The position numbers and the translations under genes are program-made. Positions 1 through 11,365 of a stretch of DNA of 32,000 nucleotides are shown piece by piece. Where the stretch lies: sequence record MF385003.1; one strand, written 5' to 3'. Below the pieces are notes generated by a model. That model was not told the origin of the DNA and made no database searches. It saw only the letters and a list, made by a program, of their open reading frames with translations. Within the stretch, counting starts at the first letter, position 1. The number at the start of each line of letters is the position of its first letter.

Positions 1-179
1 TATATATTAAAAAAAAAACATCTCAAGTGTAAGAATTCATTAAATATACAAAACTTTTTATTTAAGGTATATAAATTAAATTACACTAGAGTTAAGATGC
101 TTTTAAAAATTAAAAATCCTAACAGCGGATACTGATTTTATTAGAAATAAAAGTATTTATTTATATCTACAGGAAAAAA

Positions 180-1052
180 ATGAAACTTGCAGTTTATGGT
201 AAAGGTGGTATAGGAAAATCTACAACTAGTTGTAATATTTCAGTAGCTCTCTCGAAGAGAGGTAAAAGAGTTCTTCAGATTGGTTGTGACCCTAAGCATG
301 ACAGTACATTTACGCTGACAGGTTTTTTAATCCCAACAATTATAGATACATTACAAGCTAAAGATTATCATTATGAAGATGTTTGGCCGGAAGATGTTAT
401 TTATAAGGGATATGGAGGAGTTGACTGTGTTGAAGCCGGCGGACCACCAGCTGGAGCTGGTTGCGGAGGATATGTAGTAGGTGAGACTGTAAAACTTTTA
501 AAGGAACTTAATGCTTTTGATGAATATGACATCATACTATTTGATGTTCTAGGTGATGTTGTTTGTGGTGGTTTTGCTGCGCCATTAAACTACGCAGACT
601 ACTGTCTTATTATTACAGATAATGGCTTTGATGCTCTATTTGCAGCTAATAGAATTGCGGCTTCAGTAAGAGAAAAAGCACGTACACATTCTCTAAGATT
701 AGCCGGATTGGTTGGTAATCGAACTGATAAACGAGACTTAATTGACAAATATATAGATTGTGTTCCCATGCCTGTTCTAGAAGTACTACCTTTAATTGAG
801 GACATTAGAGTATCTCGAGTAAAAGGCAAAACTTTATTTGAGATGTCTGAAAGTGACACTGATTTAGATTATGTGTGTGATTACTACTTAAATATCGCAG
901 ATCAGTTAATTGCTAGACCTGAAGGTGTAGTTCCAAAAGAAGCTGCAGATAGAGAATTGTTTAGTTTATTATCTGACTTCTATTTAAATCCGAAGTCTAA
1001 TGCTACAAAATCTACAACAGATGAAGAAGAATTAGATTTAATGATGGTTTAA
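180..1052 (+). CDS. chlL: Light-independent protochlorophyllide reductase, Fe-S ATP-binding subunit
   Basis: 290 aa. NifH-like P-loop GKGGIGKST. Conserved CDPKHD and cluster Cys ([13 protein letters not shown]). Immediately followed by chlN. Confidence 0.97.
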   Translation: MKLAVYGKGGIGKSTTSCNISVALSKRGKRVLQIGCDPKHDSTFTLTGFLIPTIIDTLQAKDYHYEDVWPEDVIYKGYGGVDCVEAGGPPAGAGCGGYVVGETVKLLKELNAFDEYDIILFDVLGDVVCGGFAAPLNYADYCLIITDNGFDALFAANRIAASVREKARTHSLRLAGLVGNRTDKRDLIDKYIDCVPMPVLEVLPLIEDIRVSRVKGKTLFEMSESDTDLDYVCDYYLNIADQLIARPEGVVPKEAADRELFSLLSDFYLNPKSNATKSTTDEEELDLMMV

Positions 1053-2396
<1,344 letters not shown>

Positions 2397-2406
2397 TATG
2401 AATTTT

Positions 2407-2436
2407 GACTTACATGGTAACTAAACTCTGTAAGTC
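2407..2436. terminator. 8-bp hairpin between convergent chlN and ycf46
   Basis: GACTTACA (2407-2414) pairs with TGTAAGTC (2429-2436). 14-nt loop, T-rich tail. Confidence 0.3.
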
Positions 2437-2445
2437 TATTTTTGA

Positions 2446-3924
2446 TTATTGTAAAGAAGCATTCCTTGCTCTTCCGCTAGCAGCCCATGCTTGAAGATTT
2501 TCTACTTGCTCTTTATCTGTGTAAGCTAAAGGAACAAACTGTCCTAATGCTATTTTTATATCTTCGGTGCTAAATTCTCGTTCTTCGCTAAATGCAGTAT
2601 GCATACTTTCAACAATTGCCTGTTCAATCTCTGCTCCAGAAAACTTATTGCATAATAAGCTTAATTGTTTTGTATTATAATTTTGCCACGATTGTGGTCT
2701 AATTCTTTTTAAGTGTATTTGAAAAATAAGTTCTCGTTCCTCATTGTTGGGTAAATCTAAAAAAAATATTTCATCAAATCGCCCTTTTCTAAGCATTTCA
2801 GATGGCAAATTTTGAATTGTATTAGCTGTTGCAACAACAAAGACGGGAGTTGTTTTTTCTGATAGCCATGTTATAAAAGTTCCAAATACTCGAGCACTCG
2901 TTCCGCTATCACCTTGACTATACAAATTAGAGAATGCTTTGTCTATTTCATCAATCCATAATACGCATGGAGATAAACCTTCGGCAATAGTTACCATTTC
3001 TCTCATTTTAGACTCAGACTCACCAACCAATCCTCCAAAGAGTTTTCCTATATCAAGCCTTAATAAAGGTAGTGTCCAATCATTCGCAATGGCTTTTGCT
3101 GTAAGCGATTTACCTGTTCCTTGTATACCAACCAATAACAGACCTTTGGGGGTTGGTATGCCGTAATCAAAGCTTTGCTTTGAAAACGAGCGAGATCGTT
3201 TCTTGAGCCATAATTTTAATGCATTAAGTCCTCCGATATCTTTATTAGCTTTCTTGTAAGGGTAAAACTCTAACAACCGTGTTTGATTGATAATTTGTCG
3301 TTTTTCTTCAATAATAATTGATAAGCTCCTTGAATCCAATTGACCATACTGAGCAATAGTTCTTGTTATAACTTTTCTAATTCTATCAATTGATAAACCT
3401 TGGCAAGATTTGGCTAAATTATTTACTAGTTCTATATCTAGCACAATACTTAAAGCAATACTTAATCTTTTAATTTCTTTTTTAATTTCTGGAAGATTAG
3501 GTAATGGTAAGTCTATTACTGTAATAACATCATTTAACGTATAAGGTATATTGACTTTACAAGAAACAATGATGATATTCTTAGACTGAGTTTTAATTAT
3601 TTGAGATAGATTACGTAGTTTTCTTATTAATCCTACATCCCTAAAAAATGAGTCAAAGTCTTTAAGTATAAATAAATTTAAGTATCGATTATCTAATTTT
3701 TCAATAAATTCTAGAGCTAATAATGGATTCCGTTGGGCATAGCCATTATCATTAGGATTACTTGTATACCCATCCACGAAATCCCAACAATATACTTTTT
3801 CATTGTCGAGACAAGATATGTGATTTTTCATCATATACTCTAATCTTTCTTCTTCTCTAGTATTTATTAAAATTATCGGATAGCGAGACTTTAAAAGTAA
3901 TCGTAAATCTTGGATGAAATTCAT
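2446..3924 (-). CDS. ycf46: AAA+ ATPase Ycf46
   Basis: Walker A GIQGTGKS, Walker B LWIDEID, arginine finger region RKGRFDE. The likely true start is the internal Met (MNFIQDLRLLLKSRYPII...) at 3924, giving 492 aa. The ORF-track start at 3963 adds 13 non-conserved residues. Confidence 0.9.
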   Translation of the reverse strand: MNFIQDLRLLLKSRYPIILINTREEERLEYMMKNHISCLDNEKVYCWDFVDGYTSNPNDNGYAQRNPLLALEFIEKLDNRYLNLFILKDFDSFFRDVGLIRKLRNLSQIIKTQSKNIIIVSCKVNIPYTLNDVITVIDLPLPNLPEIKKEIKRLSIALSIVLDIELVNNLAKSCQGLSIDRIRKVITRTIAQYGQLDSRSLSIIIEEKRQIINQTRLLEFYPYKKANKDIGGLNALKLWLKKRSRSFSKQSFDYGIPTPKGLLLVGIQGTGKSLTAKAIANDWTLPLLRLDIGKLFGGLVGESESKMREMVTIAEGLSPCVLWIDEIDKAFSNLYSQGDSGTSARVFGTFITWLSEKTTPVFVVATANTIQNLPSEMLRKGRFDEIFFLDLPNNEERELIFQIHLKRIRPQSWQNYNTKQLSLLCNKFSGAEIEQAIVESMHTAFSEEREFSTEDIKIALGQFVPLAYTDKEQVENLQAWAASGRARNASLQ

Positions 3925-4037
3925 GTGAATATCTGTTCTCAATAGACTTTTGCATTTTACCAATATTAAACTAAATAAAACTATCTAATTTGATATAGAC
4001 ATATTCAAAAGTCAATTATATTTATATAGTTTATATT

Positions 4038-4181
4038 CTACTTAACTAGCGATAATTTTTTTCTACCCTTTTTTCTTCTTTCATTCAAAATAGAACGTCC
4101 ACTTGGTGTCTTCATTCTTGCTCTGAATCCAGAAACTCTAATTTTTTTTCTCTTTGAACCTTGTAATGTTCCTTTAGTCAT
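4038..4181 (-). CDS. rpl34: 50S ribosomal protein L34
   Basis: Not in the ORF track. The reverse strand translates to [47 protein letters not shown] (47 aa), the canonical L34 pattern. Confidence 0.92.
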   Translation of the reverse strand: MTKGTLQGSKRKKIRVSGFRARMKTPSGRSILNERRKKGRKKLSLVK

Positions 4182-4327
4182 TATTTTTCCTCAATTGTAA
4201 AATATTATATTATCATCTTCTATAAAATTTGAAGATATATTAATATGAAAGTTAAGCTTAGTAATTTCTATTAATCAAGAATTTTTGTTAAAATATTAAG
4301 AATAATCTATTAATTGTAAATAATTTT

Positions 4328-4864
4328 ATGCTAATTGCCCTGCCTATTGTTTATTTAAGTATTTTAGCTTTATTTTTACTAATATTTAGCTGGTTAATCA
4401 GTCAACAGCTAAAGACAATTTTTTTACTAGAATCTCAATTTCAGTATTTTCTTGACAAAAGCGAAAATGAGCAACTTGGAATAGAAGATGGTTTTGCCTT
4501 TTCAAAAGTATGTATAGCAAAAAAGCACTTTATAAGAGCTATAATTGAAAGCCAGTTAGTCCTACAAAAGAATTCATTATTGAATCTCCCAGAAAATGCC
4601 GTAATAATTGCTAAATTATATAATATGTTGGGTTTTATATATTATGAAGCAGATCAAAAAAAACTTGCTAAAAATTTTTATGAAAGAGCAATAGACGTAG
4701 ATAGTAATTATATTGTGGCTTTAAATAATCTTGCTAAAATTTATGAAGATACAAAAAATTTCTTAAAAGCAGAGGCAATATATGATAAAGTATTGAATAT
4801 TGATAAATCGAATCAAATAGCTAACACTCAAAAAAAATCTACTAAAAAAATAATCAATCTATGA
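4328..4864 (+). CDS. ycf37: TPR-repeat protein with N-terminal transmembrane helix (Ycf37-type PSI-associated factor)
   Basis: 178 aa. Hydrophobic N-terminus (LIALPIVYLSILALFLLIFSWLI), then TPR-like repeats (AKLYNMLGFIYYEADQKKLAKNFYERAIDVDSNY..ALNNLAKIYEDTKNFLKAEAIYDKVL). The symbol comes from this architecture and the plastid context. Confidence 0.7.
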   Translation: MLIALPIVYLSILALFLLIFSWLISQQLKTIFLLESQFQYFLDKSENEQLGIEDGFAFSKVCIAKKHFIRAIIESQLVLQKNSLLNLPENAVIIAKLYNMLGFIYYEADQKKLAKNFYERAIDVDSNYIVALNNLAKIYEDTKNFLKAEAIYDKVLNIDKSNQIANTQKKSTKKIINL

Positions 4865-4883
4865 AGTATATAAGACTAAATAA

Positions 4884-4957
4884 TCGGGATAGCAGGATTT
4901 GAACCTGCGACATCCTGCTCCCAAAGCAGGCGCGCTACCAAGCTGCGCTATATCCCG
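4884..4957 (-). tRNA. trnP: tRNA-Pro (UGG)
   Basis: The reverse complement folds as a cloverleaf. Acceptor CGGGATA/TATCCCG, anticodon stem CCTGC/GCAGG with loop TTTGGGA, T arm GCAGG-TTCAAAT-CCTGC. Confidence 0.93.
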
Positions 4958-5011
4958 CATGACATAATTAATATTATATATCTTTTTTCTAATTATGTCT
5001 ACTATGTCTTT

Positions 5012-5536
5012 TTATCTAGGATACCAAAACATCCCCTTGACCCCATCTGGATCTCTAATAAATCCTAGTTTTCTATAAAAGCTAATTACGTCAGGCTCCG
5101 CAAATAAAGTAATAGTGCTAATTTCAGCCTGCCTTAATTGTTGAATTAATTGATGCATTACTACTTTCCCTAAACCTAAACCTTGAAAGTCTGGATGGAT
5201 TACAACATCCCATATTGTAGCATTAAATCCATTATCTGAAGTGGCTCTTGCAAATCCTACAAGCCTTGTATCTGAATCATTTTTTTGTATTAAAGAAATA
5301 ATAATAGAACTATTCTTTAATGCAATTTTGACTTTTTTCAGGGGTCTTTTAACCCATCCAACTGAATCACATAGTTGCTCTAATTCGTATAAATTAATAT
5401 TCTTAGTATTGCTGATATAAACATCTTTTAATTCAATTTTATCGCAAGTTTTATCCAAAAGAAAAAGTTTCTTAAAATTTTTCTCATAACTCTCATTTAC
5501 CGCAGAGTTTTGAAAAAAAGTTTTCCAGAAGATCAT
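5012..5536 (-). CDS. ycf52: GNAT-family N-acetyltransferase-like protein (Ycf52-type)
   Basis: 174 aa. GNAT acetyl-CoA motif region (VVIHPDFQGLGLGKVVMHQLI, FYRKLGF). Confidence 0.75.
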   Translation of the reverse strand: MIFWKTFFQNSAVNESYEKNFKKLFLLDKTCDKIELKDVYISNTKNINLYELEQLCDSVGWVKRPLKKVKIALKNSSIIISLIQKNDSDTRLVGFARATSDNGFNATIWDVVIHPDFQGLGLGKVVMHQLIQQLRQAEISTITLFAEPDVISFYRKLGFIRDPDGVKGMFWYPR

Positions 5537-5798
5537 AATAATTATAACAGAATTAAGTATATATATATTATGATATTGACTTAATTAAAAAAATTTCAAT
5601 ATATTGTTATGTTTTTTATGAAAATACTAAAACAAAAAATTTTTTGACACAAGGAAATAAAAATTTTTGTAAAATCTTTATCATAAAACATATAAAAACT
5701 TCTTTTTAAGATTACCATTTATTAGTATAAATAGAATCTCGAAATTGAGATGAGATAACACATTATTTTATATTTAATACCTTTCATAGGAGTTATTT

Positions 5799-6356
5799 GT
5801 GAAGAAAGCTATGTTTATGACTTGTTTACTAGCTGCGCTATTAGTCAGCAATCCTATTCTAGTTAATGCCGAAGTTGCAGGCTTAATACCTTGTAAAGAC
5901 TCAGCAGCTTTTAATAAACGTATGGTAAATAGTGTAAAAAAACTTCAGGCTAGACTAGCTAAGTATGATGCTAATACACCGCCTGCATTGGCTTTAAATA
6001 AGCAAATAGAAAAAACTAAAACTCGGTTTGCTACATATGGTAGAGCTGGGTTATTGTGTGGTACAGATGGTTTACCTCATTTAATTTCAGATGGTCGATG
6101 GAGCAGAGCTGGAGATTTCGTTTTCCCAGGCCTTTTATTTCTTTACATTACTGGATGGATTGGTTGGGTAGGAAGAGGATATCTTTTATCTGTTGCAAAA
6201 ACTAGTAAGCCGACAGAAAAAGAAATTATTCTAGACGTACCATTGGCTGTCAAATTTATGTCTTCTGGCTTTGCATGGCCATTAGCAGCCTGGCAAGAAT
6301 TTAGTAGTGGGCAGCTAATTGCTCCTAGTGATGATATTACAGTTTCACCTCGTTAG
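5799..6356 (+). CDS. psaF: Photosystem I subunit III (PsaF) precursor
   Basis: 185 aa. Signal peptide, then the conserved CKDSAAF...[21 protein letters not shown] and WxGWxGR regions. Apparent GTG start at 5799, 6 nt after AGGAG (5788-5792). The alternative ATG is at 5811. Confidence 0.93.
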   Translation: MKKAMFMTCLLAALLVSNPILVNAEVAGLIPCKDSAAFNKRMVNSVKKLQARLAKYDANTPPALALNKQIEKTKTRFATYGRAGLLCGTDGLPHLISDGRWSRAGDFVFPGLLFLYITGWIGWVGRGYLLSVAKTSKPTEKEIILDVPLAVKFMSSGFAWPLAAWQEFSSGQLIAPSDDITVSPR

Positions 6357-6368
6357 TAAAAAACCTAT

Positions 6369-6497
6369 ATGAATAATAATTTTACCAAATACTTATCAAC
6401 AGCACCTGTAATTGGAGTACTATGGATGACTTTTACAGCAGGCTTTATAATAGAATTAAATCGCTTTTTCCCAGATGTATTATACTTTTATTTATAA
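6369..6497 (+). CDS. psaJ: Photosystem I subunit IX (PsaJ)
   Basis: Not in the ORF track. Translates to [42 protein letters not shown] (42 aa). Lies 12 nt after psaF, the usual psaF-psaJ pairing. Confidence 0.9.
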   Translation: MNNNFTKYLSTAPVIGVLWMTFTAGFIIELNRFFPDVLYFYL

Positions 6498-6523
6498 TTA
6501 ATTAAATAAACCTATAAGTCTAA

Positions 6524-6566
6524 ACTACACAAATAGAGTAAATACTATTATTTGTGTAGTTTTTTA
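6524..6566 (+). terminator. Hairpin plus T-run downstream of psaF-psaJ
   Basis: Perfect 12-bp stem: ACTACACAAATA (6524-6535) with TATTTGTGTAGT (6549-6560). 13-nt loop, followed by TTTTTT. Confidence 0.6.
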
Positions 6567-6656
6567 ATTTATATTATATTATTATTTTTTCTTTTAAAAT
6601 CATAGTTCCTTATATTATTCTAATATTAGATCTAAGTAGTAAAAAATATAAATATT

Positions 6657-7142
6657 ATGAGTTTAGTAAGTCAAATTATAATTAATGCTGACGATGAGTT
6701 AAGATATCCCACAATTGGAGAATTACAGTCAATTCAAGATTACTTAATCACAGGTAGCAATAGAATTAGAATTGCTACTATTATTAGGGACAAAGAAAAA
6801 GAGATTATACAAAAAGCGAGCAAACAAATATTTCAATTGCATCCTGAATATATTGCTCCTGGAGGTAATGCAGCAGGATCAAGAAAAAGATCTTTATGTT
6901 TACGCGACTATGGTTGGTACTTAAGACTAATTACGTATGGAGTCTTAGCTGGTGATAAAGATTCAATAGAAACAATTGGTATTATAGGTGTAAGAGAGAT
7001 GTATAACTCTTTAGGAGTTCCGATCATTGGTATGTTAGATGCAATTCAATGTTTGAAAGAAGCCTCATTAGAAATGCTTGGTCAAGATGATATTAAGATC
7101 ATCTCTCCTTATTTTGATTATATAATTAGAGGTATGTCCTAA
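6657..7142 (+). CDS. apcD: Allophycocyanin alpha-B chain (ApcD)
   Basis: 161 aa phycobiliprotein alpha-type. Chromophore Cys context [20 protein letters not shown]-terminus [18 protein letters not shown] is typical of ApcD rather than ApcA. Confidence 0.88.
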   Translation: MSLVSQIIINADDELRYPTIGELQSIQDYLITGSNRIRIATIIRDKEKEIIQKASKQIFQLHPEYIAPGGNAAGSRKRSLCLRDYGWYLRLITYGVLAGDKDSIETIGIIGVREMYNSLGVPIIGMLDAIQCLKEASLEMLGQDDIKIISPYFDYIIRGMS

Positions 7143-7197
7143 AAAAATTTTGAATCTATTGGTTGAATAAATATTGGCACTATGTTATAGTCAACTT

Positions 7198-7295
7198 AAT
7201 CCCGAAAGCGTATAATTGTATAAACATAATCTTGTCAGAACCGGAAGGTAGCAGCAATAATGTTTACCTACAAAAGATATGATTTTCGGGTGTTC
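7198..7295 (+). ncRNA. ffs: Plastid signal recognition particle RNA (4.5S-like)
   Basis: A long hairpin closed by CCCGAAA (7201-7207) with TTTCGGG (7284-7290). The apical domain-IV signature CTTGTCAGAACC-GGAA-GGTAGCAGCA matches bacterial GUCAGGUCC-GGAA-GGAAGCAGC. Ends are approximate. Confidence 0.75.
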
Positions 7296-7473
7296 TTTTT
7301 ATTTATGCAGTATGCAGTGAGATATTTAATAGTTTGAAAGCATTTTGAATTTGTCTCTGATTCATGGAATTTTTCAATAATAACGATTAATAATTTGATA
7401 TTAATACTGAAACCACCTATAATTTTTTATAAAACTTCTTTATATCTCATCTAAACAATGGAAACTTAACTTA

Positions 7474-8454
7474 ATGGGTGTTCATATTTTATCAACAGGT
7501 TCGTCTGTCCCTAACTTTTCTGTAGAGAATCAACAATTTGAAGATATTATAGAGACTTCTGACCATTGGATTTCAACAAGAACAGGAATAAAAAAAAGGC
7601 ATCTTGCCCCTTCTTCTATCTCGTTAACTAAATTAGCTGCAGAAGCTGCAAATAATGCTTTAAGCAAAGCTAATATCAATGTTAAAGATATCGACTTAAT
7701 CATTCTTGCCACATCTACTCCCGACGATTTATTTGGTAGCGCAAGTCAACTACAAGCAGAAATAGGTGCAACCTCATCTACTGCTTTTGATATAACAGCT
7801 GCATGTTCGGGATTTATTATTGCACTAGTTACTGCCTCGCAATTTATTCAAGCTGGTTCTTACAATAAAGTCCTAGTTGTGGGTGCAGATACAATGTCAC
7901 GTTGGATTGATTGGTCAGATAGAACTAGTTGTATTTTATTTGGAGATGGAGCTGGAGCTGTACTAATTAGTGAAAGCAGTGTAAATAGTATATTAGGTTT
8001 CAAATTGTGTACGGATGGTCGATTGAATAGTCATTTGCAATTACTGAATTCCCCTTTAGATAGCCAGCAGTTTGGATTGACAACTATTCCCAAAGGAAGA
8101 TACGACTCTATTAGCATGAATGGTAAGGAGGTTTATAAGTTCGCTGTATCTCAAGTTCCAATAGTTATTAAAAATTGCCTAAATGATTTAGATATTTCTA
8201 TAGATGAGGTCGATTGGTTTATACTTCATCAGGCAAATATAAGAATTCTAGAAGCAATTGCAAGTAGATTATCTATACCTCTTTATAAGATGATTACTAA
8301 TTTAGAAAATTATGGTAATACATCTGCAGCTTCAATTCCTCTTGTATTAGATGAAGCAATAGAAGATAAGAAAATTCAGCCAGGGCAAGTTGTTCTTTTA
8401 GCAGGTTTTGGAGCAGGTTTGACTTGGGGAGCTATTGTCTTAAAATGGCAGTAG
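7474..8454 (+). CDS. fabH: 3-oxoacyl-ACP synthase III (KAS III)
   Basis: 326 aa. Catalytic Cys (AACSGF), His (ILHQANIRI) and Asn (YGNTSAASIP) motifs are all present. Confidence 0.95.
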   Translation: MGVHILSTGSSVPNFSVENQQFEDIIETSDHWISTRTGIKKRHLAPSSISLTKLAAEAANNALSKANINVKDIDLIILATSTPDDLFGSASQLQAEIGATSSTAFDITAACSGFIIALVTASQFIQAGSYNKVLVVGADTMSRWIDWSDRTSCILFGDGAGAVLISESSVNSILGFKLCTDGRLNSHLQLLNSPLDSQQFGLTTIPKGRYDSISMNGKEVYKFAVSQVPIVIKNCLNDLDISIDEVDWFILHQANIRILEAIASRLSIPLYKMITNLENYGNTSAASIPLVLDEAIEDKKIQPGQVVLLAGFGAGLTWGAIVLKWQ

Positions 8455-8463
8455 AAAAAATAC

Positions 8464-8545
8464 TGCGGATGACGAGATTCGAACTCGTACAGCTTGCGCT
8501 ACACACCCCTCAAGCGTGCGTGTATACCAATTTCACCACATCCGC
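8464..8545 (-). tRNA. trnL: tRNA-Leu (GAG), long variable arm
   Basis: Reverse complement GCGGATG...CATCCGCA. Anticodon stem CACGC/GTGTG with loop TTGAGGG. T arm ACGAG-TTCGAAT-CTCGT. Type II variable arm. Confidence 0.9.
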
Positions 8546-8713
8546 TTTGGTTATTATGAATATTTAAAAAATAGTAATATTTATGTAAATATTTATATAA
8601 TATGTATATATATACATTCTTATTAGAAACTCTCTTATTTTTTATTTTAAGTGATAAAATTGAGTCTAGTTAGTATAAATAAGAAAATTTTATTTTAAAA
8701 TCGTAAAAAATAA

Positions 8714-8851
<138 letters not shown>

Positions 8852-9109
8852 AATTAATTTAAAAAGATATGGAGGAGTCCCTTGAAATGAATAATCAGTT
8901 ATTCTATCAATAATGGCTCGCTCCATATAAATCTATATTACCTAGAATAATACTAACCTTTATTCTGTAATAACTTGTACATTTTATTTAGTTTTCTTGC
9001 GTACTACAAATATTATTTTGATGATAGCTTCCTTTTATTACGTACTTTTTATTCAATATGAAAGTATTGTGTAAACCTATTAATATGTTCAATTAATAAA
9101 GAAAAACAC

Positions 9110-9976
9110 ATGTCTTTGTCTAATTGGCCTCTTAAAAAAGCAAATTCTAAAGCTTATAATATTAAAAGCACAAAACAAATTACTATCCCAGATGGATTAT
9201 GGGTCAAGTGTTTTGATTGTGGCTTATTAATGTACTCTAAAGTTTTAAAGCGAAATTTAAAAGTTTGCCCTCAGTGTAGTTATCACTTTCAAGCTTCTAG
9301 TAATGAAAGAATTGATCAGCTAATAGATCAAGGTAGTTGGGAGCCCATGGATGCTCATTTAATTTCTACTGATCCTTTAGGTTTTAAAGATCAAAAGCTT
9401 TATAGCCAAAGATTAAAGGATACAGCTGTTAAGACAGGTCTTCAAGATGCAGTACAAACAGGTGTTGGTAGAATGGATGGACAAAAAGTGTACCTAGGCA
9501 TTATGGATTTTCGTTTTATGGGTGGAAGTATGGGATCAGTTGTAGGTGAAAAATTAACCAGACTTGTTGAAAAAGCTACTCAAGAAAGATTACCTGCAAT
9601 TATAATCTGCGCATCAGGAGGAGCTAGGATGCAAGAGGGAATGTTAAGCCTTATGCAAATGGCTAAAATTTCTTCTGCATTAGAGATGCACAAAAAAGAA
9701 AATCTTCTATATATCTCTGTTTTGACTTCTCCTACTACTGGAGGTGTTACAGCAAGCTTTGCCATGCTTGGTGATTTAATTATTGCAGAACCAAAAGCTT
9801 TAATTGCATTTGCAGGTAGAAGAGTCATAGAACAGACGATAAAAGAAGATTTGCCAGACAATTTTCAAAGTTCTGAATATTTATTTGAGCATGGGTTTCT
9901 TGATCTAATTGTACCGCGCACTCAACTTAGATCTAAACTAATACAAATTTTATATCTGCATACTAATAATGATTAA
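9110..9976 (+). CDS. accD: Acetyl-CoA carboxylase carboxyltransferase beta subunit
   Basis: 288 aa. Zn-finger CFDCGLL...CPQCSYH, then the carboxyltransferase core ([23 protein letters not shown]). Confidence 0.95.
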   Translation: MSLSNWPLKKANSKAYNIKSTKQITIPDGLWVKCFDCGLLMYSKVLKRNLKVCPQCSYHFQASSNERIDQLIDQGSWEPMDAHLISTDPLGFKDQKLYSQRLKDTAVKTGLQDAVQTGVGRMDGQKVYLGIMDFRFMGGSMGSVVGEKLTRLVEKATQERLPAIIICASGGARMQEGMLSLMQMAKISSALEMHKKENLLYISVLTSPTTGGVTASFAMLGDLIIAEPKALIAFAGRRVIEQTIKEDLPDNFQSSEYLFEHGFLDLIVPRTQLRSKLIQILYLHTNND

Positions 9977-10253
9977 TTCGCCAATTGTTTACTAAAATCT
10001 TAGAATGCTAATAAAAATTAAGATATTAAGAAATTTTCACTAAAGATATTTCTATACTAACTAGAATTACAATTACTATTGTAGAAAAATTTGTTTTAAC
10101 TCTATCGTAATAGTTTTTTAAATAATCGATTTGATTTTTTAAAAAAGTGAGAGTTTAATACAAATTTAGAAAAAGGAAATGAGGTATACTAAGATAAATT
10201 TAGCAATATTGGATTTTCCTATAATACTGACCTATCAAATTTTGAGGAATTTT

Positions 10254-10745
10254 ATGCTTAAAAGATCTTCTTGGCTTGCTACTTTATTGGGACTACTAGC
10301 TGTAGCCTCCGTAAGTGCAAACGTATATGCCATAGAGCTAGACGAGGCAACAAGAACAGTTCCATTAGAATCTTCAGGAAGAACTGTTGTTCTAACACCA
10401 GAGCAAGTTAAGCGAGGTAAACGATTGTTTAATAACTCTTGCGCTATTTGCCACAACGGTGGCATCACAAAAACTAATCCCAATGTTGGATTAGATCCAG
10501 AATCCTTAGGTTTGGCTACACCTCAGAGAGATAATATCGAAGCATTAGTGGATTATATGAAAGATCCAACTAGTTATGATGGCGCAGAATCTATTGCGGA
10601 ATTACACCCAAGTATTAAAAGTGCTGAAATTTTTCCAAAAATGCGAAATTTAACAGACGAAGATCTGTTTACAATTGCTGGTCATATTTTATTACAGCCA
10701 AAAATTGTTTCTGAAAAATGGGGTGGAGGAAAAATTTATTATTAA
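10254..10745 (+). CDS. psbV: Cytochrome c-550 (PsbV) precursor
   Basis: Heme motif CAICH and the C-terminal GGGKIYY. I place the start at the internal Met (MLKRSSWLATLLGLLAVASVSANVYA, a signal peptide), giving 163 aa. The ORF-track start at 10179 adds 25 residues with no signal-peptide logic. Confidence 0.9.
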   Translation: MLKRSSWLATLLGLLAVASVSANVYAIELDEATRTVPLESSGRTVVLTPEQVKRGKRLFNNSCAICHNGGITKTNPNVGLDPESLGLATPQRDNIEALVDYMKDPTSYDGAESIAELHPSIKSAEIFPKMRNLTDEDLFTIAGHILLQPKIVSEKWGGGKIYY

Positions 10746-10916
10746 CAATTAAATCGAAATATTCCTCTGAATACAAGTTTATGAATTTTGTTTTTTAAGT
10801 ATGATTATTTTGTTAGATCATGCTATATATTAAACATGGAGTGTAGTAATAGTAAGTAGCTCCTTTGCTAAACTTGCTTATATTATTTGTCTAGTTATTA
10901 AAAAGGAGAAGTTAAA

Positions 10917-11249
10917 TTGAAAAAAATGCTTTTAGTTCTTTTTACGGTGTTTAGTTTTTTTGCTATAGGATTTACTCAAGTAGCCTTTGCTGCAGATCTA
11001 GATAATGGTGAAAAAGTTTTTTCTGCTAACTGTGCAGCATGCCATGCAGGTGGTAATAATGCAATTATGCCAGATAAGACACTAAAAAAAGATGTTCTTG
11101 AAGCTAATAGTATGAATGGTATTGATGCCATTACTTACCAAGTAAAAAATGGTAAAAATGCAATGCCTGCCTTCGGTGGTCGGCTAGTTGATGAAGACAT
11201 TGAAGATGCAGCAAGTTATGTATTATCTCAATCTGAAAAAGGTTGGTAA
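10917..11249 (+). CDS. petJ: Cytochrome c6 (c553) precursor
   Basis: 110 aa. Signal peptide, then [23 protein letters not shown] and the NAMPAF motif. Apparent TTG start at 10917, 8 nt after GGAG (10905-10908). The alternative ATG is at 10926. Confidence 0.93.
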   Translation: MKKMLLVLFTVFSFFAIGFTQVAFAADLDNGEKVFSANCAACHAGGNNAIMPDKTLKKDVLEANSMNGIDAITYQVKNGKNAMPAFGGRLVDEDIEDAASYVLSQSEKGW

Positions 11250-11273
11250 CTATACTTGATTTTCTCCAGTATT

Positions 11274-11320
11274 AAAGAATAGGCAGTCTAATTAATTACT
11301 TATTAGATTGCCTATTCTTT
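11274..11320 (+). terminator. Long hairpin downstream of petJ
   Basis: 19-bp stem: 11274-11292 pairs with 11302-11320, including one G-U. 9-nt loop, followed by a T-rich run. Confidence 0.6.
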
Positions 11321-11365
11321 GTTTGTGCTATTATTATATAAAAATATTTATACAATATTGATATT

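Noticed and set aside
599-859. Antisense or shadow ORFs in the six-frame track lying inside well-supported genes: 599-859, 2939-3166, 7530-7712, 9580-9861, 10235-10483, 12685-12921, 13502-13705, 14511-14732, 15421-15603, 19895-20101, 20627-20887, 27741-27935, 28474-28689, 28739-29029 and 30470-30673.
   Set aside because: Each lies wholly inside a strongly supported conserved gene, all but 30470-30673 on the opposite strand, and 20627-20887 runs 28 nt past the psbA start. None has a recognisable motif or SD, and the compositions are typical of non-coding frames.
3925-3963. 13-codon N-terminal extension of ycf46 (MVKCKSLLRTDIH).
   Set aside because: The conserved Ycf46 N-terminus begins at MNFIQDL.... 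The extension is probably just an open frame upstream of the real start.
5644-5675. TTGACA ... TAAAAT promoter-like elements upstream of psaF.
   Set aside because: The spacing is 20 nt, outside the 16-18 nt optimum. Many similar hexamers occur in this AT-rich spacer.
8867-8928. ATATGGAG / CTCCATAT inverted repeat after psbX.
   Set aside because: It has only 8 bp with a 46-nt loop, so it is unlikely to be a stable terminator. It was not listed as a feature.
10179-10253. N-terminal 25-codon extension of psbV suggested by the ORF track (MRYTKINLAILDFPIILTYQILRNF).
   Set aside because: The downstream Met begins a textbook signal peptide and gives the usual ~163-aa precursor. The extension has no counterpart in PsbV.
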